From: Tubiluchus corallicola
Taxonomy: Eukaryota > Animalia > Priapulida
Length of the DNA: 64,000 nt
NCBI GenBank assembly: GCA_030141605.1
Contig: JAQGDQ010000635.1
Span: forward strand, 1 to 64,000
Direction: 5' to 3'
Below, piece after piece: positions 1-11,910 of the stretch. A program made the position numbers and the translations under genes. The notes under the pieces were generated by a model. It was not told where the DNA came from, ran no database searches, and saw only the letters and a program-made list of their open reading frames with translations. Position 1 is the stretch's first letter; each line of letters opens with the position of its first letter.

Positions 1-16
1 GTGATGTGCTTGAGAC

Positions 17-675
17 TAGGGGTTCTCAACTAGAAAGCGAATTCGAATCGAATGGAATTTGTGAGTTTCGAATTCGAATCGAACCGAATTTCAGTATTCC
101 GAATCCGAATCGAATTCTAATTCAGTTTGAAAGATTTTCAAACAAGTTTTCGAGCCACTAGTAAAAAGTGGTCTTACAAAGATCATGCATATTACTTCAT
201 TTTGTTCTGCAATAAAACCATTATTAGTTTGTTAAAAATTTTGCACAGGAACTGCAGCTGAATTGTGTTAATTGCAAAATTCTCAAACATTTTAACGATA
301 AAGAACATACGTGGCTGAAGTGCAGAATTATTCGAATTTATGATTTTACGTTCGTATTGTCCGCCTTTTTCGCAAGCAACTTATTAATTAATTGAATGAT
401 TCATCCACACGCTTAAAGACAGTTAATTGTATAACTGATTAACTGCCCGACTCCGAGAGCTTAGGTCAGGTCGATAGGGCTATGATGATTTCCCACACGA
501 CCTAAACCGCGAAATATGCGTTGTGAGAATTTATCTCTCGAGTTATCAAGCTGGTTTCCGCAATAAACCTTTCAGTGTGAATATACCAGGTTCGTTTAAT
601 TTTCTAATTAATTCCTTATTTCACAATTAATTCCCAACATTCGAATCGATTTCGAACGTTCGATGCTCGCCCCTA
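17..675. mobile_element. hAT-like MITE (TAGGGG...CCCCTA ends, TTCGAA-rich subterminal repeats)
   Basis: Inverted termini; 8-bp flanks CTTGAGAC/CTTAAGAC (1 mismatch). Related copies at 34493-34588 and ~56817-57316. Confidence 0.7.
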
Positions 676-732
676 CTTAAGACACATGTTGCTGACTGTT
701 GCTGACTGTATTATTAATAATTTATGTATTAA

Positions 733-735
<3 letters not shown>

Positions 736-776
<41 letters not shown>

Positions 777-789
777 ATATATATATATG

Positions 790-828
<39 letters not shown>

Positions 829-865
829 ATTTATGTATTAATTAATATATATATATATATATATA
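736..865. repeat. (TA)n microsatellite
   Basis: Read directly from sequence. Confidence 0.95.
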
Positions 866-1754
866 TTAATATTAATATTAATTTTAATATATTAATATTT
901 TTAGAGGCCTCTTTTCTATACCATTTAATTTTTTTTTGCTGACTATACCTATTTATGTTTAGTTTAATAATTTTTTTAGTGTGTTTTTAATTTTTTGTCT
1001 GCCATGTACTTCTGAATTCGTGTGAGAATAAAGATGATATATATTGTGTTGTATCTCTGATTACTGTAAATATATTTAGCAATATAGAAATCAATATAGG
1101 CTTCAGTGGCGGCTCGTAGTGGGTGCTGCTAGAAATTATTTTACTCGTTTTAATACTGTGCAAAACGTAACAAACGTTTACGTAACTTTAATGTTGTAGT
1201 TATATTTGAAGATTGGATGTTGAACGGTCTCTATTCTTAACTGCAACTTTCGCATGGAGAGACAACTGTGAAAAATTAAGCTGTTGTAGTTCCCTTATAG
1301 TCACAGAACTTATTTATTGGGGATGCAAGACGCCTATTATTAAATAATTTATGTTTTAAACACACACGCTAAGTTTACACTTTATCATATCCAAGAATAT
1401 GACATGACAGTACACGGTAAACACGTGGTAATTGTTACTGTGATAGAGACAGCACTTTTCTACCTAGCAGCAGAACCTAGCGCACACCCATGTGTGCAAC
1501 AGAAAACACCACGTTGCTTAGGCTGTGAAGCTAATTGTACTTCCCTCACGTTCTCCGGTTCCATACAAGTATGTAAAAAGAACTAAAGAAAGACTTATTA
1601 TATTGAATATTATCGATAATAATGAGTGAAAACAGGGAGTGCTGCAGATCCGCAGTACTTATACGCGAGTCGCCACTAGGGGGTGCTGCAGTACCACAGT
1701 ACTTATACACGAGTCGCCACATTAGGCTTACGAACTGGTAAAGCAAATTCATTG

Positions 1755-2501
1755 TATAGGTTTTACAAGTCAAATGTAGACGCAGGAAAGTTTAAGTGTG
1801 ACTTAGGTAAGTCAAATGTAGACAGGAATTTCGAATGTTTTGGTAACTCAAATGTGACTTAGGTAAGTCAAATGTAGATGCATTGCTTTGAATAAATTGG
1901 TAATTAGCTTATTTAAGTGCAAGTTACAAAACGATAAACCAAAGATAGTCATCACCTCTTTCGTGACTTCGAAAAATGCGTTGTTTATCCCCAAACTAAA
2001 TTCTTTGATAAACCATAACGTCGGTAGAAAAGAATAAATTGGTTCCCACTTTCCAATGAACAGTGAATCACTAATTAGTTTTTCAAGTAATGCATTAGCA
2101 CTGCATTAGTGAATTAGTTTCTCTCAAGAAACATTGGTCATTTTAAGAATGTATTGTTTTCTCTAATAGTTCCAATGGTATGTAAAGTTTACAGAATATT
2201 AGTGAACTATTAGTAGACCTATAAAGTTATTATTTTCACAGCAATTACTAAATTACGATTAAATGAGATTAAATTTTACTTCCTTAAGCTTTATCACCTA
2301 TCCACATTTGAGATACCAATGTCACATTTGTCTTGACATGTGTCTACATTTGGCTTACCAAAAACGCATAAGATATCTTGAAAACCGTTGTTAACACATT
2401 TGAACTACCTAAGTCTACGTTTGAGTTACCAAGACACATTTGAATTACCTAAATCTACAGTTGAGTTAACGTAGGGCTACATTTGACATGTGAAACCTAT
2501 A
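1755..2501. mobile_element. Non-autonomous TIR element
   Basis: TATAGGTTTTACAAGTCAAATGTAG at left is an imperfect inverse of CTACATTTGACATGTGAAACCTATA at right; internal repeats of CAAATGTAG/CTACATTTG. Confidence 0.6.
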
Positions 2502-2530
2502 TATACCCGTGTATTTACGAATTTCTATAG

Positions 2531-2689
2531 ATTATGGCTTTCAACCGGGCAGACTACAGGGAAATTGAGTATCCTTCAGCAAACGGCATTGCGACAGCGG
2601 AATCACTGGGCAAGCTTTACAGTATCATGAGTAATGGAGGTGTCACTCCTGATGGAAAGCAGTTACTCAGAAAGAATACCATAACAATG
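2531..2689 (+). CDS. Internal exon of beta-lactamase-domain (lact-2-like / family VIII esterase-like) protein
   Basis: ctatag|ATT acceptor, ATG|gtaaga donor, phase 0/0. Peptide EIEYPSANGIATAESLGKLY resembles the family motif E-x-P-(S/A)-x-N-G-x-x-T-A-x-x-L-A-K-x-Y. Upstream exons are not visible in the window. Confidence 0.8.
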
Positions 2690-4578
2690 GTAAGAGCGCA
2701 AATCAATCAGTCAATCAATTTATTTCACTCCAGCAATACATATACAATACATCAACATACAATATTATTGAAACAAAAAGAAACAGTATAGGTAAAAAAC
2801 GTTGATGAAGTCAAATTAACCAAATAAAAGAGTTGCTGCATGACACCTTGAAAGCTTGGCTTGTTAGGGTGGCACAAATGAGTAAACGAAAGAATGGTTA
2901 GGGTCAGAAGAAATGATGGAATGGAAAAAAAATAGCAAAATTAGGGATAGGAAGAAGGAAAAGAGGAGAAGAAACGACCACAGTGTATGTTTAATTTACA
3001 TAGAGGTGTATTAAAATAGCATTATAATTGATTGGAGGCCATATATTGCGACTGCATGAGACATGGAACCATTAAAATTGTATTATGAATATGAATCAAA
3101 AATGGTCCTTTACAAGTACTTTTTGAAACTATAAATAGTTTTGTGTATTTTTACTTGGGCACTTATTTTATTCCAGTTATTGGGGGCTGTGAATTTAACA
3201 AAGTGACAGATATTAACAAAACAGATATAAGTGACACTTTTTTTCTAGACCACCACATGATTTACGTGGACACAATTCTAAATTATTTGTAGTACAACTG
3301 TTCGGTTTTGTGGTGACAAACAAAAAAGTCATCAAGTACTGCTTAATATAATATTTTATTGTTCAAGCACCATAATCACAGCACACATGCCAGTTCGTCA
3401 TTTTACTTCATATTTGACATGCATTGAGACGCCATTTCCCAAAATTATACATTTTATCTGGAATGAAATGCAAATTCTTTTAATAAACTAATTGATTTCT
3501 TATCAAAATGTCAATTACGACTAAGTGAAATTAATGAGAGACTTTCAGTGAAATTAAACAAAATATACATACATCTTTGTCATGAAATCGTGAGTTACAC
3601 AAAAAAATTTGTCAACACGTCATCACTGCTTTGAACACATTGAAGCTCGAAATGACAGGTATTTAAAACTAGGACGCTAATATTGAAGCCACATGTCACC
3701 ACATTACAGGTAAGAACAGGTAAGTTAACTTAATCTAATCAAGACGCACATTTAACTATTATTAGTTATACTGTAAGAACAGATTATTTTCGTTATTTAA
3801 CAAACAAAAATCCTTAACAACAATACTCTCGCAGTAATATCAGAGCTCATTTCTTCTCTTCTCGTATTGTGGCCCTTGGAATTCACTCAATAGTGAAACA
3901 GTTGACGCATTAAATCTGCCTCAAATTCGCAAATTGTTGAGGAGAGACCGTCAATAACCTTGTTATCGTTAGGTCCCTTCGCAAGCAAGCATGCTTGTAT
4001 GTGTTTGATACTGCAGGGGTAAGTCTAGCAGTAGTAGGCCCCAGGGCCGGAACTAGATGTGGCAAGCAGGGGGGGGGCGCAAAAATTTTCTGGGAGGGCG
4101 AGGCATCCGAAGTGGTTAAATAATGGTTAAGCCAATTTTTAACCCCTTTTATACCGCATGCAGGCCTATAATTAGCATGTGTGTAAGACGGCGTAGCGGA
4201 CAAAGCAATAATGAGAAAATTAACTCTCAGTTAACCTAACGTTATTAATGTGCCTCTGTCTGCACGTACACCGAAGCTACCAAACATTTTTTTACCCAAT
4301 TCTAATTCATATTGAAAATGATTACATGCGAACTGCAATTTTCACTGCAAATTTTGACAGGGGGCGCCCCCCCCCTAGTTCCTTGGTAGGCCCATTATAT
4401 AAAAATAGGGGTAAGTGCGTTAAGCAGTTTTACTCGTATCTCATTAATGCTAAGGTGTACGGCATTGCCCATCTATCCTTTAGTGACGTTGTCGTTCCTG
4501 CTTCTTACAAAAATGTTACTTAGTTCTCAAGACCATTATATAAGTACTTCGGATCTTTATTTTCAACCTTGTATTATA

Positions 4579-4963
4579 CAGTCAAGCTCGGATATAAGGG
4601 ACACATCGGGACCGGAAAGAACGCCCCTTATAGCCGAAGTTGAGTCAGACCGAGGGTGTATCTAGACCTGTACTTTTCTGTACTTTTACCCATATTTTTA
4701 TGGATTATTGCTGCACATTCAGTGCAAATGGTATGTAGGAAGCTGCTTCAGTGATGCGAGATGTATGTGACCGCAGAAACCCAGCTGTTGAAGGCCGAGT
4801 TTGCGAAAAATTGAAGTTAAAAATCGATCAATTTCGCTTTGATCATAGGGTCCCTTATATGCGAGGTAATTTACCTGGGTTTCTATTACGCGAGACCTGA
4901 AGATATCGCCCCTTATAACCGAAAATCCCTTATAAGCGAGTACCCTATACACGAGGTTGACTG
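4579..4963. mobile_element. Tc1/mariner (pogo/Tigger-type) MITE
   Basis: TA|CAGTCAAGCTCG ... CGAGGTTGACTG|TA: inverted termini with TA target duplication. Confidence 0.8.
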
Positions 4964-5206
4964 TATTATATTATATGACGCTGCGGCTGTCATCGTCATT
5001 GTTGTTGTTGATCTTGTTGTTGCTGCTGCTGCTGTTGGTGTCACTGCTGTTATCGTCGCTGTTGCTGTACCTCTATTTGCACATCTCCAACACTGCCAAT
5101 TTAACTCGAACAAAATAATTTCTTGAACATGTTCAATAGGGGATGTTCTCTTCGATGTTTCTGCGTTTTATGTGACTTGATTTTTTCATTTGTCATTACG
5201 TGTGTC

Positions 5207-5474
5207 CAGGGCCTATTTCAGCCTAAGCGAGGCCCGGGGAAGTGGGGTGTGTGAAGCCTCCTCGGGGGGGGTCTTTTTTGAAAACTGCTAGAACCCCAGG
5301 AAATTTTTGAACTGCTAGAGCGCCGGAGAAGCATTTTCGAAGAGAAAATATGGAGTTATACAGTATGTTCGCATAAAGCCAAAAAAATAATGTTACCTCG
5401 GCGCGAGGCCCCCTTGGAGGGTGAGGCCCCGGGGAAGTATCCCCACTTACCCCCCCCCCTTGAAATAGGCCCTG
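5207..5474. mobile_element. hAT-type MITE
   Basis: TIR CAGGGCCTATTTCA/TGAAATAGGCCCTG; perfect 8-bp TSD CGTGTGTC; second copy inverted at 21280-21523. Confidence 0.9.
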
Positions 5475-5532
5475 CGTGTGTCAGCGACTGAAAACTTTTT
5501 AGTTTTGTTCTTAGCGCTTTTTTCCATTTTAG

Positions 5533-5640
5533 ATGTTAGAGAAATTGTATGACGGTCCAGATATTCTGATGGAAGACTTGTTTCCAACAAGATTCACCAA
5601 AGGTGGATTCCTGTACGGGTGGAAATTCAATGACACAGAT
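5533..5640 (+). CDS. Penultimate exon of the same beta-lactamase-domain gene
   Basis: ccattttag|ATG acceptor, GAT|gtaagt donor, 108 nt, phase 0/0; peptide GPDILMEDLFPTRFTKGGF fits the family's D..l......f..GF segment. Confidence 0.78.
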
Positions 5641-5749
5641 GTAAGTGAAAACATCCGTGGCTTCTACGTCAGATGGAAAAGTACCCAGCTATTATTTATC
5701 ATTTTTGCTATTGTTTATTTTAGTTTTAGTTGACAGTATTAACAAATGT

Positions 5750-6190
<441 letters not shown>

Positions 6191-6291
6191 CTCCCTCTTG
6201 CATGTATTTCGAAATAACAAGTTAAATTGAATCGAATCAAATCTCCCCTCTCTCGTTTACTAATCTACCTAAAGGTTTTGTTTTGTTTCAG

Positions 6292-6471
6292 GGAAAACCT
6301 CTGATTGGTTCGCTTGGTTTGGGGATTCAAGGAACGTATTGTGACGTCAGTCGTGATGTCATCTTCTCTTACGTAACGAACGGCATACATAATAGTTTCG
6401 CCGACCAGCGATTTGTTCTTTTGATCAACGCCACCTATGAAGCTTTAGAAAAATCTAATAAAAACCCTTAG
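6292..6471 (+). CDS. Terminal exon of the beta-lactamase-domain gene
   Basis: tttcag|GGA acceptor in phase 0; IGSLGLGIQGTYCD...IFSYVTN matches the family's C-terminal strands (GHxGxGGq..yaD...faYvtN); TAG stop; AATAAA at ~6691. Confidence 0.8.
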   Translation, partial: GKPLIGSLGLGIQGTYCDVSRDVIFSYVTNGIHNSFADQRFVLLINATYEALEKSNKNP

Positions 6472-6656
6472 AAACTAGTTTTTATTTATTTTTTATTTTT
6501 TTATTACGGGGGGCTATCATAGTTTTTGAGATTAGTGTAAAGTGTAATAATTGCTAAATTATATGTACTAGCGTGTATATTCGAAATATATTTCTACGTA
6601 ATATTTTTCCGTCTGTACTGTGCGCTATTTTATTCAACTCGAAAATAATTAATTAA

Positions 6657-7217
6657 TGAAAACCGGACGATTGTGTGAACACGAGTTCAGAATAAAGAAT
6701 GCTCTAAAATATTGAAAATTACAAAAGCTTTTTTCAAATCAAAGGTTAGATTAAATAATAATTACCCTGGATACTCAAATTTCGTTAAACTTTCAAAGCT
6801 ACGCGCGGCTCAGTGAATCTACTAAGATTGGCAGCGGCGCCTTTTTGTCGTATTCGCGTTGCCGACAAATAGAAGGCGGCACTGTGATAACCATGATCAT
6901 GTACTGCAGTGTTAGTTTCTGACGTCATATGATGTAGGGCCCATTTTCGTGACATGCGTTTAAGCAGTAACACTTACGCAAACGTGCCTGTGACACTTAT
7001 GCAAATGTGCTTGATGCGCAAGGGAAGACGCCTGCCATTGCACAAACTGTGGTTAGTTTCTGACGTAAGCAATAGCTGTGTTCGATTTTCGTTAATTAAC
7101 TTTCTAAGCTAATTATTCAAATATAAGAAACAATTGCGAACTTTTATAGGCAAAAAATGTATATTTTGGACAGCAAATTAAAACGAGATTGAGTCTAAAC
7201 AATCGTCCGGACTTCCT
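6657..7217. mobile_element. TTAA-flanked (Kolobok-like) MITE
   Basis: TTAA|TGAAAACCGGACGATTGT ... ACAATCGTCCGGACTTCCT|TTAA; its right ~220 bp recurs at ~27266-27488. Confidence 0.6.
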
Positions 7218-7244
7218 TTAATTTTTTTTCTGTATCAAGGTCAT

Positions 7245-7439
7245 TGACAATGACAGTAACTACAACAGTGACATCAGCAACGATAATGACAATGGCAACA
7301 AGAGCAGCAGCAGCAGCAGCAACAACAACAACAGCAGCAGCAACAGCAAGAACAACAACAACAACAACAGTAGCAGCAGCAGCAGCAGCAACAGCAACAG
7401 CAAGAATTACAACAACAACAACAACAGTAGCAGCAGCAG

Positions 7440-7487
<48 letters not shown>

Positions 7488-7497
7488 TCAACAACAG
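7245..7497. repeat. (CAG/CAA)n trinucleotide repeat
   Basis: Read directly from sequence. Confidence 0.9.
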
Positions 7498-9800
7498 TTT
7501 CTCATCTTCAAAAAAATTTTAGTTTCTTCCCCACTCCTCGGATTGTTCTGGCGGGAATTACCCTTGGGATTACTACCTCTGTGAACAGTTGTGTCTTTCA
7601 AGTATTATAAACGACGTTCTCTCAATTACATAATGATTATAATTAGGATAGGGCTGAGTTTGGATTCTGTTTTCGCCAAATATATATATTAATTCTTTAT
7701 TTGTCATTAAAATGGTTCACTCATTACATATAATAAAATTGAGTAAGCCTCAGCGTAATGTTAAAATAACAACAATGTTCAAGACAAATGCGTCCAGTGC
7801 AGACTAAAAAAACTAAAGTGCAAAACTAAGGCCTAATTATATACAATAAATGAACATATTTACAAACACCATATTAAAATATTTTTACAAAACAATATTA
7901 CAAAAGTACATTAAATTTTACATGACATATTTTACACAATATACATTTGACATGACACAATTAACAGAAACATGCTTTATATTACATAAATTTCACTAAT
8001 TACAGTAATTAATTTCAGTAATAACGCCGTTCTCGGTGATTACAATTCTGAAACTATTTTAAATTTTGGGAAATCTCTTCTTTGAGAAATGTGTGATGAT
8101 AATGGATGTAATGTATACGCTCAAACCAAAGTTCCGTTCCCATATCTATGTTAGTTTATTCTGCAAAAATACAAATTTTCTGTAGTCTACAATTACTCCA
8201 TCTACAATCTACTGAAATAAAAGTGCTAGAAAATAAGTAATTTTTAAATGTAACAAAGACGTGTGTACATGACAAGTTCCACCTATACAATGTCAGAGTA
8301 GAAAGAGCAGTCTAGAGGTTGAGCTACAGTCCAATATATTGTGGCCTAATGCATATACTACCTTGAGAAGCGGTAATGGACCAAAACATTTGCACCTGCA
8401 ACAATGAACAATACCATCTCAACGCCCGTTTCATTGGCATGGAGGACGCAAGAAGAGCAAACTGACAATTAATAAATACATTTTCTTTACCTTCATCTAA
8501 CTATTGAACTGCAGGCGGTACCTCGCCGACAAGGTCTAAAACTACGCAGGTTGGTTCGGCACCAGCAGATACGGAGGCCAAGCAGACTATAACTCTTCTG
8601 CAATCCATCCACGAAACAACAAATTGATGTGTGAGAAAAACGACACCTTTATTGGCAAATTACATGAAGCAGATTCAAAAACCATGATGAAATACAGTTC
8701 ACACCGTGGATTACAATAACTGGACCAACAAAAGAGCAGAGACGACCGCTTTTATACAGGCCAGATGCATAACTTGGCTTCAACAGAAACTTACATTTTG
8801 CCTGAAAGGGGTGTTCAGTGTACTATTTTCTATATGACCATATATATATGTGACAACATATGCATATTTTACTAGCAATTGTAAATACGTTTTTTGTCCC
8901 TGTAATGTACGTTCTTTATATGGTACTTTTTGTGCAGAAATAAAGATATAAATAAGAAACAATAAATAAAGTTTTACCACATCATGAATTTTATTTGTAG
9001 CACTGAATAGACGACAAATTTTATTAATCAGTTAGATCTTAGCTTACTTATACTTGATATTATATTATATTATTTATGATATTAAACACGGAGTAATAAA
9101 GTAAGTGCTAAAATCAATGTTGATAATGAAGCAAGTTTCCTATCTAGTAACATAAAAACGCAATTAAATTAATAAACGAAAAATCACTTTTTTACAATGT
9201 GTCGAAGTATCAATGTTACCCCGCTTTACCTTACTACTTAATAAAATCCATTTACGAAATCATTATTTTTTTTTCATCAATAAACATACTTATGACATTT
9301 ATCAGACTAATTTCAAATAGTATAACAAACTAGAAAAATTACCAAAATTGTATTTCTTATGACCATCTTCAATTCTTTATGTATATTTCGTTATCTACCT
9401 GTTGTAAGTTGACAGATCGCGAGTAAAAAGAATTTTAGAAATCTTCATGCATCCAGGGACATTATTTTGTTCACCTCTGTTCTACTGGTTGTTGAATAGC
9501 TACTTCTTCACTGGACTACTATCAGGTAGTCTGTACACAAATGGCGCGTTTTATTTTTCTTGCTCATTTTAGAAGAATAATTCTATACTCGTTACCATGG
9601 GAATTAGTCTGCATCATCATCTCCTGAAAGTGCGTCATGACACATTACGTCATTCATATGAAGATAACAATCGTTGCCTTGGCAACAATTGTTCTTCTTT
9701 CTTGCAGTGACGTGATAGATGTCAGCCTTTGTTCGGCCATATTTCTTCTTTGCTTTCGGTGCGAGAAGAGCGTTATACAGTGTATTATTATTATTATTAT

Positions 9801-10985
9801 CTGCGAGTCATTTTGTGCGTTTTTATTGGGCTACCATTGGATGTTTTAGTTTCTTGTGTAACCGCGAGCGCCGTGAGGACCGTGAGGACCAACCGGTGCC
9901 TAGACACTGGAGGATCCGGACCATATGGTCTAGGACCCGGGGGCGCGTCGCTCCTATGCCCTCAGTCCATTCGTCATCTGGGACCTCCACGCGTTGTAGT
10001 GGTGAGGGAGAGTCTTCCGGGACAACCGTGGGGGCGGTTCATCTTGGAAGCTCGAGTAGCATGGGTCTCCCTCTGGTTGAGTGCTGAATGTCATTCTTAA
10101 GTACTAACCTTACCGTACCATGCTCTCACATCTGGGCTCTGGTCAGGACAGCCACTATTGGACTGTCAGAGCCCAGTTGGTAGGCGGGGTTGAGTGGAAA
10201 TCTGGGCTCTGGTCAGGACAGCCACTATTGGACTGTCAGAGCCCCGTAAGTTGGTAGGTGGGGTGGGGTTGAGCTGAAACTGGGCTCTGGTCAGGACAGC
10301 CACTATTGGACTGTCAGAGCCCCGTAAGTTGGTAGGTGGGGTTGAGCGGAAATCTGGGCTCTGGTCAGGACAGCCACTATTGGACTGTCAGAGCCCCGTA
10401 AGTTGGTAGGTGGGGTTGGGCGGAAATCTGGGCTCTGGTCAGGACAGCCACTATTGGACTGTCAGAGCCCTGTAAGTTGGTAGGTGGGGTTGAGCGGAAA
10501 TCTGGGCTCTGGTCAGGACAGCCACTATTGGACTGTCAGAGCCCCGTAAGTTGGTAGGTGGGATTGGGCGGAAATCTGGGCTTTGGTCAGGACAGCCACT
10601 ATTGGACTGTCAGAGCCTCGTAAGTTGGTAGGGTGGGGTGGGGTTGAGCGGAAATCTAGGCTCTGGTCAGGACAGCCACTATTGGACTGTCAGAGCCCCG
10701 TGCCTCGGGGGGAGGGGGGCCTGGCTCGCGGTAGTGCGTGCACTACAGGGGTGTGTGATGCGTTAGGCGTAATTGCCTACTAAAGCTAACTGTAGACGAA
10801 CAGTTGGTACACAGCCTCTCCACACCCAAGACTCCTGCGTAACCTCCACGAGGTGCGAGCTGGTAACTGCCCCATTACAGGAGCAGGCTAATCAGCAGGG
10901 GATCTCGGAGCAGTATGGAGCCCCAGAGGTGCAGTGCTGAAAGGCACTCACCATTCCATACCCCAACTATGGGTTAAATAGCATA
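9801..10985 (-). mobile_element. GC-rich non-autonomous retroelement-like insertion with an internal hairpin array (possibly R4/Dong-related)
   Basis: Sharp GC-rich island. On - it ends AATAAAA...GCAGA(TAA)n. No RT ORF. Family assignment is inference. Confidence 0.45.
10131..10700. repeat. Tandem array, 8 x ~74 bp, each with a palindromic core
   Basis: Core GGGCTCTGGTCAGGACAGCCACTATTGGACTGTCAGAGCCC; its GGTCAGG motif recurs at ~10141, 10211, 10289, 10363, 10437, 10511, 10585 and 10665, separated by G-rich linkers. Confidence 0.95.
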
Positions 10986-11722
10986 ATATATTTCAGAGCA
11001 GATCTACGTGTACTTAAAAACAGAAGTTTTTTTTGTATTTTCTTTCATTATAATGGAAACTAAGTTTAATAAACAGTTAACAGGTTAATTGTATAATTTA
11101 CTGTTTTTTTGATTTTTGTATGTATAGTAGATGAAATGCTTTTAATTGTTTGCAATATTTATGCAGAAAATCGAGTTTAAATGAAATTTGTCTTGTCTTA
11201 CTTTATTTTATGTTACGTCTTCTCCTCTCCTCTCCTCTCTCTACCTCTCCTTTCCCCTCCCCATTCTCTTTATTATTGTAACAAATTATTTTTATTGTAA
11301 TTTTTGTTTTTATGTAAGAGTGTGTGATTTTTTTGTATTGATTTTTCTTTTTATATGATGTTGTATGTTGTAAATACGTCAATTATAATATGAGCGTCAG
11401 TTTGAAATATAGGATTAAATCGAATCAAATCAAATCAAATCCTCTCCGCTCCTCTCTCGTTTCGCCTCTTTCGTCTAGCACATCTTCTGGTCCTACGTTA
11501 ATTTTAATGCTAATGCACATGGAGAATGATTTACTTCATAAAATTTCCGTACAAGGCAGTGGTGAATAAGGCACAGGCTTTATTAGTTGCGCCCATGGTC
11601 CTCCACCAGCTGAGGGACCTCTAGAGATTACGTAAAGTTAAATTACTACAGAATGAGAGCAGAATTATGCTGAATTATCTCCTTGAAAAGGGCTCAATTA
11701 ATTAATATACCGTAGAATAATA

Positions 11723-11736
11723 CATTATTATTGTCG

Positions 11737-11778
<42 letters not shown>

Positions 11779-11852
11779 CTATCACTATCACTATCACTAT
11801 CACTATCACTATCACTATCACTATCACTATCACTATCACTATCACTATCACT

Positions 11853-11899
<47 letters not shown>

Positions 11900-11910
11900 T
11901 ATCATTATTA
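11723..11910. repeat. Compound (ATT)n/(ACTATC)n/(CAT)n microsatellite, left flank of the P element
   Basis: Read directly from sequence. Confidence 0.95.

Noticed and set aside
10131-10700. CRISPR-like array of palindromic repeats with spacers
   Set aside because: The linkers are near-identical rather than unique spacers, there are no cas genes, and the context is animal genomic DNA.
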